From Deltaproteobacteria bacterium (GTDB taxonomy: Bacteria; Desulfobacterota; Desulfarculia; Adiutricales; Adiutricaceae): 32,974 nt of DNA. Positions 16,886 to 25,316 of this stretch are shown in pieces. The position numbers were made by a program, and so were the translations under genes. Below the pieces are notes generated by a model, which saw only the letters and a program-made list of their open reading frames with translations, was not told where the DNA came from and did not search any database. Positions within the stretch are counted from its first letter, which is position 1; each line of letters opens with the position of its first letter. The stretch spans positions 1-32,974 of the forward strand of contig JAITQT010000109.1 in assembly GCA_031288745.1 (NCBI GenBank), given 5' to 3'.

Positions 16886-17287
16886 TCACATATAAAAAAG
16901 GGAAGGCCCTAGGGCACCGAGGCCCCAAATAAAGATACTATAAATAAAAAAGCCAAAAAGAAAGACCCAGGCGGCTAAAAAACAAAATATCTCCTGCCCC
17001 TCCAAGCGTTCATACATCCCCCTTAAGGCCTCTAACCAACGAGCCCGCCAAGGGCTTAAGAGCACAAAGAGGGCGGTCGTTAGCGGGGCCAGGAAAAGAA
17101 AAATGGTCCTTTCCCTTAAGAGATAATATTTTTTATAGACCCCCGTCTCATTAATTAAAACGAAAAAACCAGCTATTAAAAATAAGTAAACCGCATGCCA
17201 GCGCAAAAATTGGTTAATTCTCTTATTTTCAGCAAAGCTTAGGTCGAATAAACGCATAAACCAAAGGCTCCGTGAACCTGGGGGCAT
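16886..17287 (-). CDS. small integral membrane protein, function unknown
   Basis: 133-aa ORF with 3-4 predicted hydrophobic helices. It ends 10 nt upstream of the SBP start on the same strand. Confidence 0.5.
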   Translation of the reverse strand: MPPGSRSLWFMRLFDLSFAENKRINQFLRWHAVYLFLIAGFFVLINETGVYKKYYLLRERTIFLFLAPLTTALFVLLSPWRARWLEALRGMYERLEGQEIFCFLAAWVFLFGFFIYSIFIWGLGALGPSLFYM

Positions 17288-17681
17288 AAGTTTTGTGGAG
17301 ATCTTTTTAACCTAGTGAAACTTTTCCAACTGAAAATTTAGCGAGAAAAATAAACTTAACGGTTTTATTATACGATAAAATCTAGGACCTAGCCAGGTTA
17401 AAATTCGAAGCTTTAATCGCTAAGACTTATATAGATATTTTTATTCAAATTTATGATCTTTTATTGATAATTAAAAATCTCTCCTCGATCGCTTAAGCCT
17501 AAAAAACTAAGCCCTTAAGCCCTCCTAGGGCTTTGGCTAGTAAATCTTTTTCGGCTAAGGTGAAAAAATAAACCCCAATCTATTGGCCTTTATATTGCAA
17601 AGATTTAAAATCGTCCAAAGAGGTGCCAATTTTTCCACCCCTCGGCTCTATCACTGGACTATGTAACGCGAGGCCTTAACC

Positions 17682-19532
17682 ATGTCTGAAGAAAACAAAA
17701 ATCAAGAGGGTGCCCTACCCGTTTTAAGCACCGATGAACTAACTGAGGCCCAAGAGCGACCTAGCCCGGCTCAAATGCCCGAAAACGCCCCTTCAAAGAG
17801 CGAAAACAACTCTATAGAAGCTAGCTCGGCGCAATCACCAACTGGCTTTAGGAGCTTTGATCGGGTCCAAGAAGCGGAAAAAGCCCTTGAAGATAGCCTA
17901 ATGGGAGCGGCACCTAGCCAAAGTTTTAGCCCCACCATCCATAGCGGCTCAGACTCTGTAGCCGCCCTGGCCCTTTCGCCTCCAGGAGGGCTCATCGGCG
18001 CAAGCTCTCAAAACGCTTTCTTTAACGCGGCTAGCCAATTTTTTTCTCATCTAGCAAAATTATGGAAGCGCATTCCTCCCTTAGAAGATATCTTCGACAT
18101 GCTGCTAGCCGCTGCAGGCTTTCAACGCAAACCAGCCGGCATGCTGCGCCGGGCTCAGCAATTAGCGGCCAAAGGCCGTAACGCCGACGCCATCAAGTGG
18201 TATAGGGATATACTTTATTTAAGACCCCTTACGGTAGCGGCCTACGACGGACTGGGGAGAGTGTATTTTAGGATGGGCTTGATGGAGGAGGCTAATCGCG
18301 AGTTTACTATCGCCGACTCTATAGAGCGCTTGGTTAATAACCGAGACGATCTCGACGCAGCTTGCTCGCTATCTAAAGCGTTAATTGAGCGAAAACAAGC
18401 TAAAATGGCCGCGTCTCTACTTGAACCGGTCCTCATAGCCCACTTTTACACAGCCCATAACAGTGAGCTTTTAAAAAAGATGGGCTTACTATACGCCGAA
18501 CTTAGGCAGACCAAAAAGCTCTACCAAGTCTACGAGGCCGGTCTACTTCAGCATCCAGAAGATCACGAATTCTACATCCTTAAAGGAAACCTTGAAATAA
18601 AACTAGGGCGAACGGCCGAAGGCGAAAGGCTCATCCGCTGGGGTAAGCTCATGGCTAGACTCAAGGAAAATCCAACCGACGTTAACGCCAACATATCTTT
18701 TGGCGAATTGTGCCTTAAAGAAAATAAAACTGTAGAAGGCCTAAATCACCTTAGGGAAGCGGCCACCTTATCTCCAGAAAACACGGGCATCCGCTGGCGT
18801 TTGTTTAACATTTATCAAAAGCAAAATAACTATAACGAAGCCTTGCGCTATTTTCTAGAAGTCGTCAATATCGAACCAGAAAACGAGGAACTTAAATACA
18901 AACTAGCTGACTTTTACCGCCGCAACCGTCATTTTGATGAAGCGCTTGATATTTACCGCTCTCTTAGCGCCAAACATCCTCGCCAACCCAGGCCTAGGGC
19001 CATTATGGCTACCCTTTTAACGGATATGGGAAATTTTGAGGAGGCCCAAAATCTTAAAGCCTTAGCCGACACCTTGACTATAGGTCTTAAGCCCGAGCCG
19101 GATCATCACGAAACAGTAACTTTCATGAAATACCTTTTTAGCATCAATCAAACCGATGAGGCCATGCAATGGCTTAATCGGGGCTTATCGAAATGGCCGT
19201 ACCACGGCGAACTTATCATTACCAAAGTCAAAATTCTCTATAACGAATATCGCTATAAAGAAGCAGTAAACCTCCTCAAACGCCTAATCAGTGTCAAGCA
19301 CGACATGGCCGAGCCTCACATGTGGATAGCCTTATGTTACCAAAGGCTCGGTAATCATATGGCCGCTCTAGCCGAAGCGCAGCTAGCTACTCGCCTAGCG
19401 CCCAAGAGCTTTACGTCCCACAAAGTCCTAGGCGATATTCTTAAAGAACAGAAAAAAATTAGTCAAGCCAACGCCGCCTACGAGGTGGCCGACATGATCC
19501 GGCTAACCCATGCCAAAGCCGCCAACGGCTAG
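17682..19532 (+). CDS. tetratricopeptide repeat protein
   Basis: 616-aa ORF with a low-complexity N-terminus followed by many 34-residue TPR-like units (e.g. AIKWYRDILYLRPLTVAAYDGLGRVYFRMG, ALRYFLEVVNIEPENEELKYKLADFY). Confidence 0.75.
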   Translation: MSEENKNQEGALPVLSTDELTEAQERPSPAQMPENAPSKSENNSIEASSAQSPTGFRSFDRVQEAEKALEDSLMGAAPSQSFSPTIHSGSDSVAALALSPPGGLIGASSQNAFFNAASQFFSHLAKLWKRIPPLEDIFDMLLAAAGFQRKPAGMLRRAQQLAAKGRNADAIKWYRDILYLRPLTVAAYDGLGRVYFRMGLMEEANREFTIADSIERLVNNRDDLDAACSLSKALIERKQAKMAASLLEPVLIAHFYTAHNSELLKKMGLLYAELRQTKKLYQVYEAGLLQHPEDHEFYILKGNLEIKLGRTAEGERLIRWGKLMARLKENPTDVNANISFGELCLKENKTVEGLNHLREAATLSPENTGIRWRLFNIYQKQNNYNEALRYFLEVVNIEPENEELKYKLADFYRRNRHFDEALDIYRSLSAKHPRQPRPRAIMATLLTDMGNFEEAQNLKALADTLTIGLKPEPDHHETVTFMKYLFSINQTDEAMQWLNRGLSKWPYHGELIITKVKILYNEYRYKEAVNLLKRLISVKHDMAEPHMWIALCYQRLGNHMAALAEAQLATRLAPKSFTSHKVLGDILKEQKKISQANAAYEVADMIRLTHAKAANG

Positions 19533-20239
19533 AGCTAGAAAAAAATGACCCTGCAAGTCACTAAGTTTTTTTAGTTAAATATCGCGATAAGACTTATTTA
19601 CTCAAATATTATAAATTTTGGCCTCAACTCTAATGGCTTAAAAATTTATTGGCCAGAAAAAACTTAGCCTCAGTCGAAAAAACGTTACCCGGCTCAATTA
19701 TTCATTTTGGCCTTTCTTTTAGGTAGCCTTGTGCCTCAGAAAGGCTTATGGGGCTTGGTCATAGCTTGTATTTTTTTTTCCAATCTGAGCTCCCAAACTA
19801 GCTCTTAAATTCTCCGTTGCTTTTTTTTCCTCTTTATTCTTTCTTATTCCCCCATTTAGTTATCCTGTTTGGTCTTGGGCTAGATAGAAATCTATCTATT
19901 TATAACTATTTGTAATTTTAGACTTTTTCAACTTAAGCTAATTAAAAAGAAATACTGGCCACCCTATTTAAAGAGCGGCCGGGCGAGATAAATGATTTTT
20001 GGGGCCTTCAGCTTAAAAACAAAAAAACTTAGTTTCAATCTGCTCTTTTCAATATTTTTGTCTCGCCATCCAGGCTTTTGAGAGAAGGGTTAAAATTTCA
20101 GAGCTATAAAAGTTAAATTTAGAGACCTTTCTATTTCAGAAACTTTTGGCGCAATATTTTTAAACCAAATTGATTGTTTACTCCAAAAAAGTTCTTCTAC
20201 TGTCTTGGGAGTCTAGCTTTTTCGTATTTATAAAAAAAC

Positions 20240-20268
20240 TTGATCTTTCTCACAAGTCTTGATAAAAT
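20240..20268 (+). promoter_or_regulatory. sigma70-like promoter candidate
   Basis: TTGATC (20240-45), a 17-nt spacer, then TAAAAT (20263-68), about 345 nt upstream of the IHF-like ATG. Such matches occur easily by chance in AT-rich DNA. Confidence 0.2.
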
Positions 20269-20612
20269 AAAAAAAATTAAAATTTAGACTTTTTTCTTCG
20301 GGCAAATCCAAAAGCATTTTTCTATTATTTTAAAAAAAAATCGCTTTATTTAAACGATCATTTGTTCATCGCCCGATTGATCGGTTTGTGTAAAAAAACC
20401 AAGTTTTAAATTAAAATACGAAGATACGTATGGAACCTATTAATCCCTACTCTTTTCATGTTTTATTTTTTAACTTACGGGAACTAACACCATTCGACCA
20501 CACCATCGGCCCTCCACCTCCGAACGGCCCGAAATTACTCTCGCAGTTTTTTCGGACCATCTACCGCTTAGACTCCTCTTATCACCTCATTTGTCTTAAA
20601 AGGCGGCTCAAA

Positions 20613-20954
20613 ATGACAATAACTAAGGAAACCATCATCAGGAGAATCAGTGAAAAAACTGGTTTTAACCGCCAGGACTCCAAACTGGCTGTGGAAAAAC
20701 TCTTGGATATCATGTACAACACCCTCTCGGGCGGAGAAAACCTTTTAATTTCAGGGTTTGGTAAATTTAAAGTTCTCTCCAAGAACGCTCGCTTGGGCCG
20801 CAACCCCCACACCATGGAAGAGATTAAACTTCAGGCCAGAAAAGTCGTCACTTTCAAACCCTCTGAAACTCTTAGGCTAAAGACTAATCAGCACCCTATG
20901 TCCGAGCCCTTAGAATCGGAATCGGAAGATGATTTTGACTTTTTGTATAAATAA
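20613..20954 (+). CDS. ihfA: integration host factor alpha-like DNA-bending protein (HU/IHF family) with an acidic C-terminal tail
   Basis: The 113 aa from ATG 20613 contain the HU/IHF signature (GFGKFKVLSKNARLGRNPHTMEEIKLQARKVVTFKPSETL). The 61 codons upstream in the tracked ORF have no family similarity. The tail ESESEDDFDFLYK is extra. Confidence 0.8.
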   Translation: MTITKETIIRRISEKTGFNRQDSKLAVEKLLDIMYNTLSGGENLLISGFGKFKVLSKNARLGRNPHTMEEIKLQARKVVTFKPSETLRLKTNQHPMSEPLESESEDDFDFLYK

Positions 20955-21353
20955 TTAGTCTAAAAACGTATGTTTTAAGGCTTTATCGAATAAGGCATCT
21001 ACTAGAACCTTTATTAATTTTTTGCGTATCTAAAGTTAGCAAACGAACGTTCATATGATTTTAGCCTCGTTACTCATAAAGTTAAATTATTTTATAAAGT
21101 TAGGCTCATCGACTCACTCAAATCCCCATTCCAAATCCAAAAATAGCCTCCCTTCGTTAAAATCGTCTCCCGTAAAAATTTTATATTAATACATCTTCTG
21201 GCGATTTTAGTAAATTTTCGCCTAAGGTCGCCCCAGCTTCCTCTTAACCACAACGTCAGCCTTACGGCTACTCGGAAGCAAATTAAGTGGACCAAAGCTC
21301 TTGAGCAATTTGGCGTGCGCCTTAAAATTCAGGGCTAACAATCTGTGAAAAGA

Positions 21354-21747
21354 GTAACCGTTCACCAAGTCTTTTTTCCACACGTTGCGGCTAGTAGCGA
21401 CTTTCGAGTTGTCATTAAGTTTTAGCATACCCTTAAGTTCTTAACATTAGTTCTTTTGAGGTTTCTACTTAGCTCTTTGCTCCAACCATATATTTTAACT
21501 TTAGTAATGTTGATCGAAGCGCAAATACCTCTTAAAAGTAAAATAGTCTAACAAATTAACTAGTAATAAGGACATATTACAAATTTAAGGACTGATAAAG
21601 GGGACTTTTTGCGCTTCGATCAATGTTAAAATTACTAAGCTCCTATAGGGGGCTACATTGCTGCAGTATGGGTCGTCCCTTTCAATAGGCTTAGCCCCGC
21701 AGCGTTCTCTCTTGTGAACGGGCCCTTAAACGTTCACATTTGTGAAC
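21354..21747 (-). repeat. R-element copy 4 (most complete copy; carries a nested MITE)
   Basis: Full 3' module (21354-21505, rc) and full 5' module including both GTTCAC/GTGAAC hairpins (21622-21747, rc). Interrupted only by the MITE at 21512-21621. Confidence 0.8.
21512..21621 (-). mobile_element. 110-bp MITE copy d (nested in R copy 4)
   Basis: TIRs GATCGAAGCGCAAATA / TTTTTGCGCTTCGATC. Perfect 6-bp TSD AATGTT (21506-11 and 21622-27). The uninterrupted R copy 2 has a single AACATT at the equivalent site (7801-7806). Confidence 0.85.
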
Positions 21748-21842
21748 CGAGACTAGCTGTAAGCATCTTAGCCTTTGGCTACCACTCCTGCGGTGACGCC
21801 TAGAAAGAACTTTCACTGCGTAAGTTAGCCTAGCGTCCCTTG

Positions 21843-21883
21843 CCAACAAAATAATAGCCGCCGAGATAAAAATCAGGCGGCTA
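21843..21883 (-). terminator. candidate intrinsic terminator for the pilus operon
   Basis: Stem TAGCCGCC (21855-62) / GGCGGCTA (21876-83) with a 13-nt loop. On the minus strand it is followed directly by TTATTTTGTT. The loop is longer than in canonical terminators. Confidence 0.4.
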
Positions 21884-21935
21884 CTACGTTTAAAACTTAA
21901 ACAAACTATTCAGCTTTTAGAGTCTATCTGTGTTC

Positions 21936-22168
21936 GTTCACAAATTGTATTGAGAGGGACGACCCATACCACAACAATGTAGCCCCCTATAGGAACTTAG
22001 TAATTTTAAAATTTATCCCTGTTAAAATATATAGTTGTAGCAGAGAGCTAAGTAGAAACCTCAAAAGAACTAATGTTAAGATCTTAAAGGCATGCTAAAA
22101 CTTAATGACAACTCGAAAGTAGCTACCAGCCGCAACGTGGGGAAAAAAAGACTTGGTCGAACGGTTAC
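21936..22168 (+). repeat. R-element copy 5 (5' helix strand deleted)
   Basis: GTTCACAAATTGTATTGAGAGGGACGACCC..CAATGTAGCCCCCTATAGGAACTTAGTAATTTTAAAATT....CTAAGTAGAAACCTCAAAAGAACTAATGTTAAGATC..GACTTGGTCGAACGGTTAC. It ends 20 nt from the pilX-like stop codon, in convergent orientation. Confidence 0.7.
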
Positions 22169-22188
22169 AGTGTCTTAGGGGACTTACT

Positions 22189-22887
22189 CTACAAGACCTG
22201 ATCGACCGCGTAGAGGACCGTGATAAAAGTCTGAGGCCCTGAACTCTTCGCTTCATCATCAGAAACGTTAAAGAAATTTTGACCTCCACCACCTTCCGGG
22301 TCTTTCCCGCTGACGGTTATGACGAAATAGCGGGTCCCTAAAGAGCCAACAGTATTACTACCATTTATGTTGACTCCCTCAGCCGAGCCCACTCCAGAGG
22401 GTGCACCGGAAGCCGAATCATGAGCTAAATCGCGAGAAATCATAACCGTGCCCACCACCCGGTTTTGCGTATCCTTAACTACAATATCGGGATTATCAGT
22501 CCTACCTACGGCCAAATAACGCTCTTTAAGCGAAACCCTCTTCTTAGAAACGTCAGTTAAGAGATAGGCCAAATCATCATTGACCTCAATTTTATATCCG
22601 GTATGTGAAGAGTTATAATCAAGATGATCTCGCACGTCTTCCATGGTCCCGTTAGTCAGAACGGCAGCGGAACGAAGGGCCAACTGCATGACCGCGTCGG
22701 CGTGGTGGAAGGCTTTTTTCGACTGATGATAGTTGGACGAAGAGCCCAACTCCACTCGGGTGGCGAAAAGAACCCCGGCCCCCAAAATTACAACTAAGAG
22801 CATGATAACCAAAGTGGTAACTAAGATCATCCCCTCGGATTTCCCCGAAAAAGGCCCGGTTAACTTATTAGACGCTGAGGCCAACAT
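22189..22887 (-). CDS. pilX: PilX-like type IV pilus minor pilin
   Basis: Start moved to ATG 22887, which has a perfect AGGAGG (22894-99) 6 nt upstream. The N-terminal hydrophobic helix GMILVTTLVIMLLVVILGAGVLFATR resembles the PilX N-terminal domain. It is the last gene of the pseudopilin operon. Confidence 0.6.
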   Translation of the reverse strand: MLASASNKLTGPFSGKSEGMILVTTLVIMLLVVILGAGVLFATRVELGSSSNYHQSKKAFHHADAVMQLALRSAAVLTNGTMEDVRDHLDYNSSHTGYKIEVNDDLAYLLTDVSKKRVSLKERYLAVGRTDNPDIVVKDTQNRVVGTVMISRDLAHDSASGAPSGVGSAEGVNINGSNTVGSLGTRYFVITVSGKDPEGGGGQNFFNVSDDEAKSSGPQTFITVLYAVDQVL

Positions 22888-22951
22888 TTTATTCCTCCTA
22901 AACATAACATCACGACTTAGGCCAAAGATTAACCAAAGATCGTCCAACCCA

Positions 22952-23386
22952 TCAACTCTTAATTGGAACAATACTGCGATAAACCACAGGATTTGCTTTT
23001 GGCCAAGCGACCTTAACTTCTATCTCGTTGGTAAATTGAGTGGGGCTTTGGCGAACTAAAGTGACGCTGCGGGTATAATAGCGCCCTGCCTCATTGGTAG
23101 GGGAACCAGTACGGTCAAAATAATCTAACTTTTCACTAGGAAAAGAATCTGGAATGTAATTCCTAAACTCCTCTATCTTGCTCTCGGCCAAAAAGACAGC
23201 CAAAGTCTGTTGCTCAGCGATCGATCCGCTACGGTAAGAACTCTGCTGCATGACTAAGGCGGCTAGAAATCCAAATAGAACCACCGTGAGGGCCACCAAG
23301 GTTTCAATTAAGGTAAAACCCGGACGAGAGCGCACCGCCTGCGGCACCAATGAGCTATGGGGAGAGCGAATAGTTAAAGTGCTCAT
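22952..23386 (-). CDS. pilV: PilV-like type IV pilus minor pilin (prepilin-type N-terminal cleavage/methylation domain)
   Basis: RPG|FTLIETLVALTVVLFGFLAAL is the class III signal with Glu at +5. GGAGG at 23393-97 lies 6 nt before ATG 23386. The mature size of about 120 aa is typical of PilV/GspI. Confidence 0.7.
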   Translation of the reverse strand: MSTLTIRSPHSSLVPQAVRSRPGFTLIETLVALTVVLFGFLAALVMQQSSYRSGSIAEQQTLAVFLAESKIEEFRNYIPDSFPSEKLDYFDRTGSPTNEAGRYYTRSVTLVRQSPTQFTNEIEVKVAWPKANPVVYRSIVPIKS

Positions 23387-23449
23387 CAAAATCCTCCAAA
23401 AAAGCTTAGGGCAATAAATAAAACTGGCTCTAATTTATATAACTTAACC

Positions 23450-24118
23450 TTATATATTCTTTAAACGTATATGGCCCGTGCTATTAACTACGCTTAAAAC
23501 CCATCTGTTAGAATTACCTAGACCTCTGTTTTTAAAGATAATCTCTATTGGACAATAGGTAATGGCTTCGCCCCCAGGGGTAAAGATAACCACGAAACTA
23601 TCGCGGTTAAATCCATCAAGGCCGCTAACTCCATAAGTTCTGGGCCCCACGCCGTTTTTGGAGAAAAAACCATTAAAATAAGATTTATAGTAATTATATT
23701 GCGGTCTTATCTTTGCGGTATTACTTTGGTATTCTATCTCAGTACCCTCATTGAGAGTAAAGGAGGAGGTGGCGAAAGGGGACCAGCTTTTAATGGCCCC
23801 GCTGGAATTAAAAACGGCCATTTGAGCAAAAGACCGGCAGGGCTCGCTCCCATCGCTACCTCGGGTCTCGGGTGTGCAATCGACCAAAATCCTGACTGGC
23901 CGTTGATAATTAGCGGCTGCAGACCTGGCCCGCTTTAAGAGGTTGGTAACCGCATTAGCGTCGGTTTTAATGGCCCTTCTGGGCACAATGCTCAAATAAG
24001 TCGGAGTGAGTATAGCTAGTAACACACCTATGATCACTATAGCGACTATCATCTCGATCATGCTAAAGCCAGAGCGAAGGGCTCGAGCGTACGCATAAAA
24101 CGTTTTTATAATCTTCAT
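23450..24118 (-). CDS. FimT/FimU/GspH-like minor pilin
   Basis: RSG|FSMIEMIVAIVIIGVLLAIL is a prepilin signal with Glu at +5. AAGGAG lies 7 nt upstream of ATG 24118. 222 aa. Confidence 0.65.
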   Translation of the reverse strand: MKIIKTFYAYARALRSGFSMIEMIVAIVIIGVLLAILTPTYLSIVPRRAIKTDANAVTNLLKRARSAAANYQRPVRILVDCTPETRGSDGSEPCRSFAQMAVFNSSGAIKSWSPFATSSFTLNEGTEIEYQSNTAKIRPQYNYYKSYFNGFFSKNGVGPRTYGVSGLDGFNRDSFVVIFTPGGEAITYCPIEIIFKNRGLGNSNRWVLSVVNSTGHIRLKNI

Positions 24119-24151
24119 AACCGCGCTCCTTAACTAGCGCAAACCCTTTTT

Positions 24152-25273
24152 TTAATAGTTTCTAAGCTGAATCGTAGTTTCCAATAACCTTCTAACATAA
24201 TTATCCGGCCCTCCCACCACAGTGTGGTTCAGGGCTGGGATAGGCAGATGATTGCCTTTATAAGGATCTTCTCTAGGCGAGCGTGAAATCACAACTATCC
24301 TAACTGCCTTAACCGGCCGAGACAAAAGATCTTGGCCACTAAGATCGTGTACGTAGTTAGCCAAATTCGAAGGATCGTCATCGCCCAGACAAAAAGCAAC
24401 CTGAAAATCTTCAATATCCTCAGCCAGGATGTCGCCTTCGGCTTCGTCAGAGTCCATGACTAAAGTGTTGTCGGTAGTATTCACTCTAAAAGTATGGAGC
24501 CTAACCGACTTAACATTATAAACCAGAGAGCCAGCCCCAATCTCAGTCACCCCGTTAGGCAGAGTACCAGACGGAAGAGGCGCAATATCTATATCAGTCA
24601 AATTAGAGCCGTCACTTGTAGCTTGGACCAAAATCGGCGACCCGCTCGCCGGAACTAAGGCTAGATAATCGCCGCTTTTAAGCACTTCATCATCAAGACC
24701 AGCAGGAAAAGTCAAAACCTCTGATAACTTAAGGCTATCTGACGACGAGGTAAAGCCAGTCTCCAACATCCCTAAAGGGGCCGCAAAATCAGGGGCCAAA
24801 GAACAGATGGTCAAACTATCTGGGGCCTGACTTCCGTCGATACTAAAAATAGGTTTGACCCCAAAATCAGAGCCCGACTCATACTTAAACCAGCTGGAGC
24901 CGGAACCATCTTCATTCTTATTATAAACTTGTAGAAACTGATTCTGGTTTAGTCCTAGAAGGGAAAACCCATTGCCAGCCATGCGTAGATCACGGGAGAC
25001 ACCAGAAATACCCGAGCGCAGGTTAAGCATTTGCTCTAAAACAGATTCTTGCCGCATAAAGCTGCGAGAACTCGACGAATAAAGCATGAAGACCATAGAC
25101 ATTAATAAAGAACCCAAAAAGACGACGGTTAAGAGTTCTATTAAGGTCATAGCCGAACGACGCCGATTTAAGAGGGCCAGGGCCTTAAAAACTTGGGCCT
25201 TTAGCTGGCCAAGGGGCCTAAGGGTGTGCGGACCACATTGAGCCGCCGCTTGTTTTAATTTTATGTCGTTCAT
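24152..25273 (-). CDS. pilW: PilW-like minor pilin with an atypical long leader
   Basis: 373 aa. MTLIELLTVVFLGSLLMSMVF is a prepilin-type helix with Glu at +5, but it is preceded by 41 residues and has Ala rather than Gly at -1. The size and position fit PilW. Confidence 0.6.
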   Translation of the reverse strand: MNDIKLKQAAAQCGPHTLRPLGQLKAQVFKALALLNRRRSAMTLIELLTVVFLGSLLMSMVFMLYSSSSRSFMRQESVLEQMLNLRSGISGVSRDLRMAGNGFSLLGLNQNQFLQVYNKNEDGSGSSWFKYESGSDFGVKPIFSIDGSQAPDSLTICSLAPDFAAPLGMLETGFTSSSDSLKLSEVLTFPAGLDDEVLKSGDYLALVPASGSPILVQATSDGSNLTDIDIAPLPSGTLPNGVTEIGAGSLVYNVKSVRLHTFRVNTTDNTLVMDSDEAEGDILAEDIEDFQVAFCLGDDDPSNLANYVHDLSGQDLLSRPVKAVRIVVISRSPREDPYKGNHLPIPALNHTVVGGPDNYVRRLLETTIQLRNY

Positions 25274-25316
25274 AAATTCTTCTCAGTTTCATTTTTAGCG
25301 TCCTCCAAGATTATAG

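Noticed and set aside
17615-17629. Sigma54-like TGGCAC on the minus strand upstream of the 133-aa membrane protein gene
   Set aside because: The -12 element is missing: ten nt after the GG dinucleotide comes GA, not GC. The site is also about 340 nt from the start codon.
20430-20612. 61-codon N-terminal extension of the IHF-like ORF
   Set aside because: It shows no similarity to HU/IHF proteins and has an odd composition. The family-typical protein begins exactly at ATG 20613.
13102-21621. Possible CRISPR array, because the same ~110-bp unit recurs
   Set aside because: The units are 110 bp, internally palindromic, occur in both orientations, are irregularly spaced (0.4-6.5 kb apart) and carry TSDs. 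No cas genes are present. This is MITE behaviour, not CRISPR.
21354-21747. R as a group II or group I intron remnant
   Set aside because: There is no GUGYG-type 5' end, no recognisable domain V (34-nt hairpin with an AGC triad and GNRA loop), and no RT or maturase ORF. The copies sit in spacers rather than interrupting genes. Only a covariance-model search could exclude this formally.
21092-22292. Short minus-strand ORFs (21092-21295, 21222-21428, 22095-22292)
   Set aside because: The latter two run through R repeat modules whose other copies do not preserve the frames. The first is an isolated 67-codon ORF without an SD in an AT-rich spacer.
22888-22971. 28-codon N-terminal extension of the PilX-like ORF overlapping the pilV-like gene
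   Set aside because: The internal ATG 22887 has a perfect AGGAGG 6 nt upstream and yields a normal PilX-type N-terminus. The extension has no SD.
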